Below are positions 1 through 11,755 of a DNA stretch of 64,000 bases, in pieces. Under the pieces are notes generated by a model. It saw only the letters and a program-made list of their open reading frames with translations, did no database searches and was not told the DNA's origin. A program made the translations under genes and the position numbers. Numbering within the stretch: position 1 is the stretch's first letter; each line of letters starts with the position of its first letter. The DNA is from Eledone cirrhosa (taxonomy: Eukaryota): assembly GCA_964016885.1 (NCBI GenBank), contig OZ024741.1, forward strand, positions 173,042,001-173,106,000, in the 5' to 3' direction.

Positions 1-33
<33 letters not shown>

Positions 34-57
34 TTTATTTATATTATATATGTAATA

Positions 58-246
58 ATTATTTCTACTTTTGGCACAAGGCCAGCAATTACCCAGTGCA
101 TTACTGGTACTTTATTTTATCGACCCCGTAAGGATGAAAGGCAAAGTTAACCTCGGCGGGATTTGAACTCAGACCGTAAAAAGACGTAACTCTATGCTGG
201 AAAGCATGGCGTCCGACCCTCTACCGATCCTGCCAATCCACTGCCC
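58..246 (-). mobile_element. tRNA-derived SINE family 1, full copy; a partial second copy follows at 268-372
   Basis: The reverse complement has an A-box-like TGGCAGGATCGG and a B-box GAGTTCAAATCC; about 10 near-identical ~190-bp copies occur in the window. Confidence 0.85.
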
Positions 247-669
247 TTTTACATTTGTATATGTAATAATTGTTTCTACTTTAGGCACAAGGCCAGCAAT
301 TACCCAGTGCATTACTGGTACTTTATTCTATCGACCCCGTAAGGATGAAAGGCAAAGTCAACCTCGGCGGGATGTGTGTGTGTGTGAACATATTTATATT
401 TAGCAACAAGCTTTCAACCACTGGTGATGCTATGATGCCGTACTTAAGAACCACCATCGTGCCAACTTCAGCGTGCTAAACCTTAACTTTTTAAGATTCT
501 GAAATGTTTGTATTACTGGAAACGAGAGTTATGAATGGATATATGGAGTGTAAGAGTAGAAAAGCGACCTTAATATGTGTAGAAGCTGGAGAAAAGAAAA
601 GAATTATGACAGACAGAGTTAGGAGAGAGAGAGGCAGACGGGAGACTAGACAATTGAGAACGGAAGCTG

Positions 670-706
670 GATAGATAGATAGATATATAGATACATAGAT
701 AGATAA

Positions 707-777
<71 letters not shown>

Positions 778-778
778 T
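670..778. repeat. (GATA)n microsatellite at the 3' end of a Tx1-like LINE
   Basis: Read directly from the sequence. Confidence 0.95.
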
Positions 779-3192
779 ATTTCTTTATTAGCCACAGGGG
801 CACAAAAGAAGGGGACAAATACAAAGGGGGAAGTTTACATACAATAAAAACGTGTAAAATGTTATCACAGATGGAATTTAAAAGTTAGTCGATTTTCCCC
901 AATAGAGGGAGACAGTTTATATGGGTAACACATGCCCCCGAAAAAAAATGTGCAACCCTCATCTCCAGGAGTACGAAGAGTTTGTACTCCATTCCTCTCC
1001 TCCTCCTTTTCCTCAACCTACAGGCTGATATAGAGAGAAGGCCCATTCACTCGGGCCATTCTCGCCACTTTCACCCACCTTTCATAAAACTTGCTGGGGT
1101 ACAGCACCTCTCTCTCCATCCTGATTCTTCTTCTTAACTGGAATTTGTAAAGAAGAATCAGTTGTTGGCCGGAGAGAAAGGTGTCTGACCTCAGCCCTTT
1201 TAACCTCGTCCACCATACAACCTCTTTCGCCATAGCTATCACACAAAGGAAAACCGCCCCTCCTTCGTTTTTGAAGGAGGCTGGCGATTTGATCATGACA
1301 ATGGACTAGGTGGTCAACCGGATTGGTCCCACCCGCGACAATAACCGTTCTACATAGCCCCACAGGTCGGTAACGCCGGGGCAGTGTATGAATGCGTGCG
1401 CGACGGTTTCTTCGTCTCGCACGCATCTCGGACAGATCTTTTTAGAAGGGTCCCTGCCCGGGCGCCCATGTCTGTAGAGCTTGTCTCGAACTGGTAGAGC
1501 TCCTCGGTAGCACTGCCAGGCCAGGGACTTTTGGAAGTTGTCCATCGGTCCCGGGCGGAAGGTCCTACCGAACAGACTGGCCAGTTCGTCTTCCTCTACG
1601 CACAGAGTTTCTCCGAGCGCGTCGTCGCACTTGCTGCGGATCAACCCTCTATAGAATGACGAAGTGGAGTCTCCACTGATCGCCGAGTCCGCCTGCCAGA
1701 GGGCTGTGAGCGCCTGGGCCCATTCGATGTGCCAGTCGCCCATTTTCCTCGGTCTTTGCTTGACCCAGGACTGTAGCTCAGTCAGCGAGACGAGTTGTGA
1801 GAAGGCTCGCCTCAGGAACGGGGCCCACACCGGTTGTCCGGTGAGGAATACGTAGAGATGCCGTAGCCTGAGCGCGTGTTTGCGCATCGTCAGCCACGGC
1901 ATCCCCAGCCCTCTGTTGGAAGGGTGTTGGCAGCAGATGGATCTTCTCACCAAAGGAGCCCGCTTGTCCAAAGGAATTGGAAGAGCGCGCGCTCCATTTT
2001 GGTGAGCGTTTTAGCTGAACAAGGCACGACGGTCAAGCGGTAGTAGATGACGGACGCTATAAAAGTGTTCACCACCTCCGTTCGACCTTTCAAGGATAGT
2101 TTGCACTCGGCCCACTTCTGGGTGAGTGCAAATACCTTGGCCGTCACCTCGTTCCAGTTCTTCTCTACCTGGAGGTTCGGACCAAACCAGACTCCGAGTA
2201 GCTTCACCGGTCCTTCCGTCCAGCGTCCGACGACGCCATCGGAAGGCATCGGTTTGCCTCTCCACGATCCGAGTTGCAAACCGATGGACTTGTCCCGGTT
2301 CAGCTTCGCTCCTGTGAACCATTCGTATTCCTTCAGTAAGGTGCCGACTTCCTCGATTTGCGAGGTGTTCGATACCATTACTGTCACGTCGTCGGCGTAG
2401 GCCGACGCCGCTTTCCGCAATCCCGATTCCAGAGGGATGCCCTGCAATAGCTCCAACTTTCGCAGTAGTGGTTCTAGAGTCAGTACGTACAGAAGGGAGG
2501 GGAGAGGGCATCCCTGTCAGGTGGATCGCGTGATATGGAACAGCTCCGAGAGGTAGCCGTTCACCTTGACCCTTAAGCAGATGTTGCTGTTGTGCATTGC
2601 AGCAATCCAGCCCCTGAACACGGGTCCGAAGCCTGCCGCCTCGAGCACCGCATCCAGGTAACGATGGTTAACCCTATCGAAAGCCTTAGACTGATCCAAG
2701 TTGATCAGGGCCCCACCGAAGCCGGGTTTAGACCCTACCCTCTCTACGATGTATCGCATGAGGTGGAGGTTGTCGTGTATGGACCTGGTCGGGATTGCGC
2801 ATGTCTGCGCTTCTCCCACCAGGTTTTCGACGACAAGCGTCAGCCTCTTTGCCAATACCTTGGCCAAAATCTGTAACTCTGTGTTTAGCAGAATTATGGG
2901 CCGGAAGTTGCCTATGTTATCCCCCTTATTCTCGTCCTTCCTGACTATTGTGACTACGCCCCTGGTCACAGAACTAGGAATTCTCCCTTTCTGCTGCCAG
3001 TTGTAGTAGACCGCTTCCAGGAGACCGGAGAACAAGTCCGGCATTGCTACGTAAAATTCGTAGGGTAGACCGTCGAGACCTGGAGATTTGCGTTTGCCGC
3101 ATTGGCTCAGCGCGTCCCCTATCTCAGCGGCTGAAACGGTTTTTCGCAGAACTTCGCCTCGCTGTCCGAGAGTCGCGGTAGGCCGTCGAGGT
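779..3192 (-). mobile_element. 5'-truncated Tx1/L1-like LINE (family A): frameshifted ORF2 RT, C-terminal Cys motif and 3' UTR
   Basis: ORF pieces 2517-3044 (NFRPIILLN, DQSKAFDRV), 1947-2456 (AYADDV) and 1306-1971 (CPRC..ETVAHAFIHC); AATAAA precedes (TATC)n on the minus strand; (GATA)n on both sides. Confidence 0.9.
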
Positions 3193-3259
<67 letters not shown>

Positions 3260-3260
3260 T

Positions 3261-3462
3261 GTTTCTTTATTAGCCACAGGGGCACAAAAGAAGGGGACAA
3301 ATACAAAGGGGGAAGTTTACATACAATAAAAACGTGTAAAATATTATCACAAATGTAATTTAAAAATTAGTCGATTTTCCCCAATAGGGGGAGACAGTTC
3401 ATATGGGTAACACATACCCCCGAAAAAAAATGTGCAACCCTCATCTCCAGGAGTACGAAGAG
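3261..3462 (-). mobile_element. Tx1-like family A 3' UTR-only copy
   Basis: Near-identical to 781-980; bounded by (GATA)n. Confidence 0.85.
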
Positions 3463-4449
3463 ATAGATAGATAGTTAGATATGGTGGTTGAGAAAAGGGG
3501 AAGAGAGTAAAAGGCAGAGAAGGTGTTTAAGTAGTGATTGTTGAAAAGCAGAGACAGAGCCGATGTGTAATCAGAAAGTTTGCAGAGTGCATGTCCTGAG
3601 ATTGTTGTGTTTAACAGAAATCCGTGCGCATTAGACGGTCATGAGTATTCATCCCAGGGAGACAGTTTACAAATAGGTTCCATATTATCTACGTGTGTTC
3701 ACTTATTTTGTAACTGTGGTAGAATGACATTTACAACAGTTGACTAATTTGAGCAACGTCCTGATACCAATTATTGGCGATGTCGGACAAATATGTTGCC
3801 GAGACCCTCAAACGTCATCGTTAAGGTTTAGGCAAACATTTCTTGGGTCAAACACAGGATTTGATTTTAAGTGACAGATGTGTTTTAAGGTCGGTTGCAT
3901 GTCAATTGAAGATAATGAGATTTCAGGGTGACCAAATCACTAGTAAAATGTGAGAAAATATGAGAAACCTTCACCACCGAATAAGTCATCAGTTCTACAT
4001 GATTTAAATTAGTTAAGGAGGCTGAAAGAAGCTTCTTATGAAAAACATTGGCATGTATCGTGGAAATACGAAATTGAACCCCAAGACCTGTACATGCAAC
4101 TCCACACTCTCCGAATTCGCCTAACCTCTGTGGTATTGCTAAGTTTCCCAAAATAAAATTGAAACTGAGCATACAGATACCTACACATGCTTCCAACCAC
4201 ACACCTGTAACTGTAAACATATATCTCTTCAAATACCAATAACTACGCATATTAACCTGCACAAACGTTTTATCCATACATAACTATATATAGTATACAT
4301 AAACTTCATAACTAAGCAACTATTAATAACAATATCGACCGTTTGATAATCATTTCTTTAGAAATATAACACTGCAGTTGCATCACAAGCTTACACAGAA
4401 ACCACTAAGAGGTCATTTGACCTACTAGAAATAACAGCTGATTACTAAC

Positions 4450-4800
4450 TCGCTGTCTCCAATTCGGTTTTCGTGCCAACCCTTACCTATAGTCATGAAT
4501 CTTGGGTAATTACCGAAAGAATACGATCGCGAATACAAGCGGTCGAAATGGGATTTCTCCGAAGAGTTTTTTGGAGTAACGTTACTCGATAAAGTGCGTA
4601 GCTGGGAGATCAGAGAGTCACACGAATTGGAAGATTACCTCTCCGATACTATGGGCATGTTGCTAGAATGTCCCAGGAAAGAATCGCTGGACAGATTTTA
4701 AGTCTCACCACTTTAAAAAAGAAAAAAGAGATTTTCTGATATACAAACTGTCTGACTGATCTCGGCTAGGTATGCTTGATCAGAGCTGAGCTGGAGGTAA
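4450..4800 (+). mobile_element. Degenerate RTE-clade LINE 3' fragment
   Basis: Translates to SVFVPTLTYSHESWVITERIRSRIQAVEMGFLRRV, typical of the region after the RTE RT. Confidence 0.7.
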
Positions 4801-4847
4801 ACGACAGCAACAATAATATAGACAACAAATTTGCAAAATCGCTAGGG

Positions 4848-5400
4848 TCTTCTTCTTTTTCTTCTTCTTCTTCTTCTTCTTCTTCTTCTTCTTCTTCTTC
4901 TTCTTCTTCTTCTTCTTTTTCTTCTTCTTCTTCTTCTTCTTCTTCTTCTTCTTCTTCTTCTTCTTCTTCTTCTTCTTCTTCTTCTTCTTCTTCCTGAGAG
5001 GGCCGTGGGGGAAGAGTCCACAAACACTCCTTTCAGCGGCTCCTGTCAGAAGCAACCGTCTCCAACTGATCCGGCTGGATCCTCAAGCGAGACCAGCCAA
5101 GCTCATGGATGTTATCCAACCATCTTGCTTGGGGTCTCCTTGGTCTCCTGCTGGTTGGATTTACCCGTAAAATCTGTCCAGCGATTCTTTCCTGAGTCAT
5201 TCTAACCACATGCCAATAGTATCGGAGCGGTGATCTTCCAATTCGGAAAAGTAGTGGCTGTACCAGGAGTGACTCTCTGATCTCCGTGCTACGCAATTTA
5301 TCGAGTAACGTTACTCCAAAGACACTTCGGAGGAACCCCATTTCGCTCGCTTGTATTCGCGATCGTATTCATTCGGTCATTACCCAAGATTCACGAATAC
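4848..5400 (-). mobile_element. RTE-clade LINE 3' fragment with a (GAA)n tail (4848-4993)
   Basis: ORF 5033-5341 (MGFLRSVFGVT..LRYYWHVVRM..RPRRPQARWLD); homologous to the 4450 copy and converging with it. Confidence 0.75.
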
Positions 5401-5593
5401 CAAATGGAAGATAGCGAGGTTTTAATCAGCATTCAGTAATCAGAAAATCGTTAGGATGCTGATCAAAATTACATGAGGTATTTATTCTTGCTTCTTTCCT
5501 TCTGGATTCAAATCCTACCGATTTTTCATCCTTCCAAAAACGATAAATAAAATACCAAACCATGGCGTTGGTTGCTATAACATCGAAAAAGAT

Positions 5594-6190
5594 GCCTGAC
5601 GGTATCAGACTGCCAAACTCGAAAAACACAAATGGGGTGTACCATGGAAAAAATACCCCCAAAACAGGCAGAAATGAGGCAAAATGGGGAGATTTTACTT
5701 AATGAAAGCTATACTCATTTTCACAAGAGAAAACATCTCTCATCCACCCCAAAGGCTATTGCAAATCTCCCCGTCGGTCAGAGAGAGTTGACAGGTCTGC
5801 GGTATTTTTATGGCTCACTGTGTTCCGAATTAAAATCCTCCCGTAGTTTACTTGTGTAGTAGACTTAATTTGTCACCAGATTTAACATTACCATCTGACT
5901 CTTGGATATCTTTATCGGAATACGCTGTTGCAAACATTTGTGACTACACATCTCTGACATACATATATATGTTAACTATATAAACATTCCTGACCTACCA
6001 ACCTCTAAAAACTCAAACGGGGAGTACCAAGAAAAAGAAGTGCCCCAAAACGGCAGAAATGAGGCAAAATGGGGAGGTTTTACATAATGAAAGTTATACC
6101 CATTTTCACAAGAGAAGACATCTCTCACCAACCCCAAAGTGGGTTGGAGATTTCCCCGTCTGACGGGGAGAGTTAACAGTTCTGTCATTA
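5594..6190. repeat. Two diverged direct copies of an unclassified ~200-bp repeat (about 5600-5800 and 5990-6190)
   Basis: Shared blocks ccccaaaac..gcagaaatgaggcaaaatgggga and cattttcacaagagaa. Confidence 0.55.
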
Positions 6191-6601
6191 AATATCGGTA
6201 CTCACCCAGTTATATCTACACGCATCTGTGACAACATATCTCTGGTACTAATAAACAACAGTCACACGCAAAGACATAAAGCCATGTAGCTACACAACTA
6301 CCCGCTTCTACACACAATCTATATACTACTAAAACTCTGTGATTGTGTGCTTGTCTGTAATTTAATACAACCAAAACGGCACATGATGGGAAAATACTTT
6401 GAAAGGAATTTGCCCCTGAAATGGGAATACAAATGGAATAAAACAAGTTTCGCGTAAACCGGGGCACGGGTTCCTCAGATACGGGGTTTTTTGGGGTACC
6501 ATCATAAGTAGAGAGAAGAGATAGTGGTTGTGAATAGAGTAGATTGAAAGAGAGACATAGAGAGAGAATATGTATACACACACATATATATATACACATA
6601 C

Positions 6602-6646
<45 letters not shown>

Positions 6647-6648
<2 letters not shown>

Positions 6649-6758
6649 AACCAGTAAGACCCCGACAGCTGAGCTCAAGCCGTTTCGACGGCTAATTCTG
6701 GACTAAATGAACATTTATCCTGGTATTTAAATAGCCGATCTTCTCAAGGGGTAATTCC
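6647..6758 (-). ncRNA. Type I hammerhead ribozyme, U3-A8 core variant (PLE1 inverted arm)
   Basis: Reverse-complement copy of the motif at 12844-12955. Confidence 0.8.
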
Positions 6759-7850
6759 ATATATGGTCAAAGTGATTGTCAAAAATCAGTAGTAATTCTG
6801 TGGTTGCAAATTAGTAGGGGAGATGGTGGCTAAACCTGCCAGTAGGAGAAAGAGGGGAGGGGGTGGAGTAGACCCAATCAAGCGTTGGTAGTGCCAGCTA
6901 CAGCTGGGCATGAGGTCAAAGAAGATACAGGGGAGGGGAGGGGGAGGAAGTCGGAACGGTAGGTAGAACAATGGGGGGTAAAAATAGGAAAGAAAAAATA
7001 CTGAGAGTGAAGAAAAGCAAATAAGTGTAAAGAAAAAATTAAATTCTACGACCTAGGTGTCAGGCTATTGTTAGGCGAGAATAAAATAAAGAAAGAAAGA
7101 AAGAAGTAAATAAATAAATAAATAAATAAATAAGGAAATAAGTAAAAGAACTAGGTGGGACGAATTAGGCAAGGACCCTTTTAAGAGGTATAAGTACGTA
7201 AATGATACGGTGACTGGTCAACAAAAGGGGCCAAAATACTAAAGAGACTACCACGAAATAAACAATAAAGGTTTCCATCCCGGGCCAGCAACGACCCAGT
7301 GCAGCAAAGTGAACTTGTACGACATAATAATTCTGAGTCCCGGGAAAAATATATACTAATGCTAACTCTAAAAGATCTAAAACAAGCTACATGAAAGTTC
7401 GTACGAAATAAAGGTAGAATACGGAGAAATAAGTTCAGAATCCACCCCGCCCAGAAGAAAAGCGAAGCAAGAAATACTGAAACGAAAAAATAAGGCATAA
7501 GTGCCACTAAGAAATATAGAGGGCACAGAGAATAGTGGGAGCGGTCGGAAAAAGGGGGGCAAGTATCCGGGGTCTAAGCCAACTGCTATAAAGGGCGGAG
7601 TCCGCCAAATCTATCAAAGACTAGGGGAGGGGGGAGTGGGGGTACTAAGGCTACATGGGGCCAAAGGGCAGCCTCGGGTGGGCGAGAAAAGACGCCGACA
7701 AAGGAGAAGAGCTGGGGTAGAAGGACAAAGGAGAGAGGGGGGAAGGAAATAAAGGATGCGATAAAAGAATACAAAGAAGATCTTACGTCTTCCTTGGCAA
7801 GCAGGGGTTACCCATTGCAAAATCGGCAACTGGGGTGTTATAGCCCTAGT

Positions 7851-9680
7851 CTACCCCCCCCCCCCCCCCCCCGGGTCATTATGGGGTTTGAGGGCGAGGT
7901 AAGTCCTACGCAATCTATGTTTACATGCAGTAACCAGTTCATCTTTCTTGTTTAGGAGTTGGTCCGTCGAAAACAGCATTTGTAAAGTTTCCTCCGAGCA
8001 TAAATTGCACGGACGGCGTCCTCCCGTGTAAGAATTGGCTCTGGACAGTAATCTCCAAGTGAGATCATAGGTGATGTTGTTGTCCTTGAGGTCCCATATG
8101 TGGCCCGAAAGTGTAGTGGCGTGACGCCGGGCCGGGTTTCGGAAGGTATGTCTATGTTGGTATAGCCGGGTCTTGAAGTCACATGCGGTAAGTCCTATAT
8201 AGGCTTTGTTGGAGGTATCCGTCCTCACGTTGCACTGGTAGATCACATTACGGTCTCTGCATCTATTGTCGAGTGGGCAAATAGATCTATCCGGGCAGTT
8301 ACACCTCCTGGTCGGTTCTCCACTGCTATTTAGGTTATTTCTGCCATCGGGGTTGAGTTTTTTGTTGTTAGAGGAGACGATGTTTTGTGCGAAGTTTGGT
8401 GTAGTGCTGTAAGAGAGTTTGATGGTATTTTTGTTAATTATGTTGTGGTAGCGGTGTTGTAATGGGAAGTGTTTTTCAATGAGCCTAAAGAATAGTTTCC
8501 CGATGGGAGTAGTCACCTCTGCGTTGTGGGGAGGATTGAACCATGTTACATTGCGTGAGCGGCGGTGTCTCCTGCTGGTTCCGCTAATGGGATCTGGACA
8601 GTAGGATATTTCCTCCCGGAAACCACTCCGCTTGAGGGCCTGGTTGTAATAAGGCGCATGTTCATCGAATATCCGCTCATTAGCTGACAAACGGGATATG
8701 CGGAGGGAGATGTTTTTGACCAGGTTGTTTGTGATGTTCCTAGGATGGTTTGATCGGCGGTGGATGTAGTGCAGATTGTCATTAGGTTTCCTGTATGGGT
8801 AGTACAGGTCGTTTTCGAGGTCGAGGGTTACGTCCAGGAAGTTTACTCGGGTCAGGGACGTTTGTAGGGTTATTTTAAATCCCCAGTCGCGGAAGAATCT
8901 GATTAATTGTTTCCGGACCCGATCTGTACTACTGGGGTTGTACCCTTTAAGGGTAAGGAGCCCATCATCACGGTACAATCCACCACCGAATGCAGGAAAC
9001 ATATCAGTGAGTTTGGCTATTAGGAATAATCCTATAAGATCAGTGACCTCCGCCGAATCCGTGGCGCCCATGCTGACGTCGAAGGGTGAGTCGGGAGCTC
9101 TTTTTATCCATTTAGAGTCGTCAAAGAGTAAGACTGTCTTCCTGGCGTGGAGGATGATTTTTCTTTCCTGGTCGGTGATGGGCACGAGTGTTTCGGCGAA
9201 GTCCAAGGCGGCAGTAAGTAGCGGTAAGGTGATTGAAGCATAGTAGCTCTCTATGTCGAACTGTATGAATTTAGTTTCTCGTTTATCCTCCATATTGCTG
9301 AACCAGGAGATTACTTCCTGGGTGTTGATCCATAGGCTAAGTCGGGTGTGTTGCTTGACTTTTGGTATCACGCGGTCTAGGATTTTTTTGCTGATTCTCC
9401 CTATGTCGGACTTCGTTGGGTTAATAAGCCTGATGGAGGGTTTACGGTCAAAATCGGATTTATGGTCCTTCAGTGTGAAGTATGGTGTCCGTGGGTCTAG
9501 AGGTTCCGTGCGGTCGGCGACCCCGAGGCTGGAGGTGATTTGTTGTCCATCTCGATTTATGTCCTCGATGCAAGAGTGGTTGGCCTTTTTATAGGTGGAG
9601 TTTAGGCTGCTCCTGATCAGTGTGTGGTATCTGTCAGGGTTGACAAAGTATAGGTTCCCAGTTTTATCCGAATGCACCAT
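7851..9680 (-). CDS. PLE1 RT/GIY-YIG ORF (inverted, truncated copy)
   Basis: 609-aa ORF identical to the C-terminal part of 9689-11755 apart from the last residues. Confidence 0.9.
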   Translation of the reverse strand: MVHSDKTGNLYFVNPDRYHTLIRSSLNSTYKKANHSCIEDINRDGQQITSSLGVADRTEPLDPRTPYFTLKDHKSDFDRKPSIRLINPTKSDIGRISKKILDRVIPKVKQHTRLSLWINTQEVISWFSNMEDKRETKFIQFDIESYYASITLPLLTAALDFAETLVPITDQERKIILHARKTVLLFDDSKWIKRAPDSPFDVSMGATDSAEVTDLIGLFLIAKLTDMFPAFGGGLYRDDGLLTLKGYNPSSTDRVRKQLIRFFRDWGFKITLQTSLTRVNFLDVTLDLENDLYYPYRKPNDNLHYIHRRSNHPRNITNNLVKNISLRISRLSANERIFDEHAPYYNQALKRSGFREEISYCPDPISGTSRRHRRSRNVTWFNPPHNAEVTTPIGKLFFRLIEKHFPLQHRYHNIINKNTIKLSYSTTPNFAQNIVSSNNKKLNPDGRNNLNSSGEPTRRCNCPDRSICPLDNRCRDRNVIYQCNVRTDTSNKAYIGLTACDFKTRLYQHRHTFRNPARRHATTLSGHIWDLKDNNITYDLTWRLLSRANSYTGGRRPCNLCSEETLQMLFSTDQLLNKKDELVTACKHRLRRTYLALKPHNDPGGGGGG

Positions 9681-9688
9681 GATGTCAT

Positions 9689-11755
9689 TTGTGTTATCAT
9701 ACTCTGTTAAGTTTTTTCTATGACAGATATTGCGACAACCACGACTTCGGCACCAAGGAGAGATTCGGATTTATTACCTACAAATCTCCGCCCCTGAACC
9801 CCTTGCTCGCACCCTTCGAGAATGACCTCTTCCAACTGGTCAAGAACATTAAATTTAAACCCAGACACAACCGATTCCTACAAAAACTCCGTAGCAACTT
9901 AACAGAGTATGATAACACAAATGACATCATGGTGCATTCGGATAAAACTGGGAACCTATACTTTGTCAACCCTGACAGATACCACACACTGATCAGGAGC
10001 AGCCTAAACTCCACCTATAAAAAGGCCAACCACTCTTGCATCGAGGACATAAATCGAGATGGACAACAAATCACCTCCAGCCTCGGGGTCGCCGACCGCA
10101 CGGAACCTCTAGACCCACGGACACCATACTTCACACTGAAGGACCATAAATCCGATTTTGACCGTAAACCCTCCATCAGGCTTATTAACCCAACGAAGTC
10201 CGACATAGGGAGAATCAGCAAAAAAATCCTAGACCGCGTGATACCAAAAGTCAAGCAACACACCCGACTTAGCCTATGGATCAACACCCAGGAAGTAATC
10301 TCCTGGTTCAGCAATATGGAGGATAAACGAGAAACTAAATTCATACAGTTCGACATAGAGAGCTACTATGCTTCAATCACCTTACCGCTACTTACTGCCG
10401 CCTTGGACTTCGCCGAAACACTCGTGCCCATCACCGACCAGGAAAGAAAAATCATCCTCCACGCCAGGAAGACAGTCTTACTCTTTGACGACTCTAAATG
10501 GATAAAAAGAGCTCCCGACTCACCCTTCGACGTCAGCATGGGCGCCACGGATTCGGCGGAGGTCACTGATCTTATAGGATTATTCCTAATAGCCAAACTC
10601 ACTGATATGTTTCCTGCATTCGGTGGTGGATTGTACCGTGATGATGGGCTCCTTACCCTTAAAGGGTACAACCCCAGTAGTACAGATCGGGTCCGGAAAC
10701 AATTAATCAGATTCTTCCGCGACTGGGGATTTAAAATAACCCTACAAACGTCCCTGACCCGAGTAAACTTCCTGGACGTAACCCTCGACCTCGAAAACGA
10801 CCTGTACTACCCATACAGGAAACCTAATGACAATCTGCACTACATCCACCGCCGATCAAACCATCCTAGGAACATCACAAACAACCTGGTCAAAAACATC
10901 TCCCTCCGCATATCCCGTTTGTCAGCTAATGAGCGGATATTCGATGAACATGCGCCTTATTACAACCAGGCCCTCAAGCGGAGTGGTTTCCGGGAGGAAA
11001 TATCCTACTGTCCAGATCCCATTAGCGGAACCAGCAGGAGACACCGCCGCTCACGCAATGTAACATGGTTCAATCCTCCCCACAACGCAGAGGTGACTAC
11101 TCCCATCGGGAAACTATTCTTTAGGCTCATTGAAAAACACTTCCCATTACAACACCGCTACCACAACATAATTAACAAAAATACCATCAAACTCTCTTAC
11201 AGCACTACACCAAACTTCGCACAAAACATCGTCTCCTCTAACAACAAAAAACTCAACCCCGATGGCAGAAATAACCTAAATAGCAGTGGAGAACCGACCA
11301 GGAGGTGTAACTGCCCGGATAGATCTATTTGCCCACTCGACAATAGATGCAGAGACCGTAATGTGATCTACCAGTGCAACGTGAGGACGGATACCTCCAA
11401 CAAAGCCTATATAGGACTTACCGCATGTGACTTCAAGACCCGGCTATACCAACATAGACATACCTTCCGAAACCCGGCCCGGCGTCACGCCACTACACTT
11501 TCGGGCCACATATGGGACCTCAAGGACAACAACATCACCTATGATCTCACTTGGAGATTACTGTCCAGAGCCAATTCTTACACGGGAGGACGCCGTCCGT
11601 GCAATTTATGCTCGGAGGAAACTTTACAAATGCTGTTTTCGACGGACCAACTCCTAAACAAGAAAGATGAACTGGTTACTGCATGTAAACATAGATTGCG
11701 TAGGACTTACCTCGCCCTCAAACCCCATAATGACCCGGGGGGGGGGGTAGACTAG
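9689..11755 (+). CDS. PLE reverse transcriptase + GIY-YIG endonuclease (N-terminally truncated; the first ~8 residues come from the inverted arm)
   Basis: SDKTGN (DKG-like), QFDIESYY, VSMGATDS, LYRDDGL, NFLDVTL, linker CNCPDRSICPLDNRC, VIYQC...AYIGLT, CNLCSEE. Confidence 0.93.
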   Translation: MCYHTLLSFFYDRYCDNHDFGTKERFGFITYKSPPLNPLLAPFENDLFQLVKNIKFKPRHNRFLQKLRSNLTEYDNTNDIMVHSDKTGNLYFVNPDRYHTLIRSSLNSTYKKANHSCIEDINRDGQQITSSLGVADRTEPLDPRTPYFTLKDHKSDFDRKPSIRLINPTKSDIGRISKKILDRVIPKVKQHTRLSLWINTQEVISWFSNMEDKRETKFIQFDIESYYASITLPLLTAALDFAETLVPITDQERKIILHARKTVLLFDDSKWIKRAPDSPFDVSMGATDSAEVTDLIGLFLIAKLTDMFPAFGGGLYRDDGLLTLKGYNPSSTDRVRKQLIRFFRDWGFKITLQTSLTRVNFLDVTLDLENDLYYPYRKPNDNLHYIHRRSNHPRNITNNLVKNISLRISRLSANERIFDEHAPYYNQALKRSGFREEISYCPDPISGTSRRHRRSRNVTWFNPPHNAEVTTPIGKLFFRLIEKHFPLQHRYHNIINKNTIKLSYSTTPNFAQNIVSSNNKKLNPDGRNNLNSSGEPTRRCNCPDRSICPLDNRCRDRNVIYQCNVRTDTSNKAYIGLTACDFKTRLYQHRHTFRNPARRHATTLSGHIWDLKDNNITYDLTWRLLSRANSYTGGRRPCNLCSEETLQMLFSTDQLLNKKDELVTACKHRLRRTYLALKPHNDPGGGVD

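Larger units (their letters stand above)
6644..9713 (-). mobile_element. Penelope-like element PLE1, inverted arm (5'-truncated, lacks the last ~78 nt)
   Basis: Reverse complement of 9896-12958, differing only in homopolymer lengths where checked; abuts (TA)n at 6608-6645. Confidence 0.95.

Noticed and set aside
6420-6500. Minus-strand CTGAGGA...GAAAC hammerhead candidate
   Set aside because: No convincing stem III or stem I partner
7181-7829. Short ORFs in the PLE1 3' region (mirrored at 11772-12420)
   Set aside because: Low-complexity with no recognisable domain; duplicated only because of the inversion
9689-11755. Selenoprotein-type Naiad (in-frame UGA plus SECIS)
   Set aside because: No in-frame TGA in the PLE1, PLE2 or PLE3 frames seen here; the cysteine motifs are normally encoded
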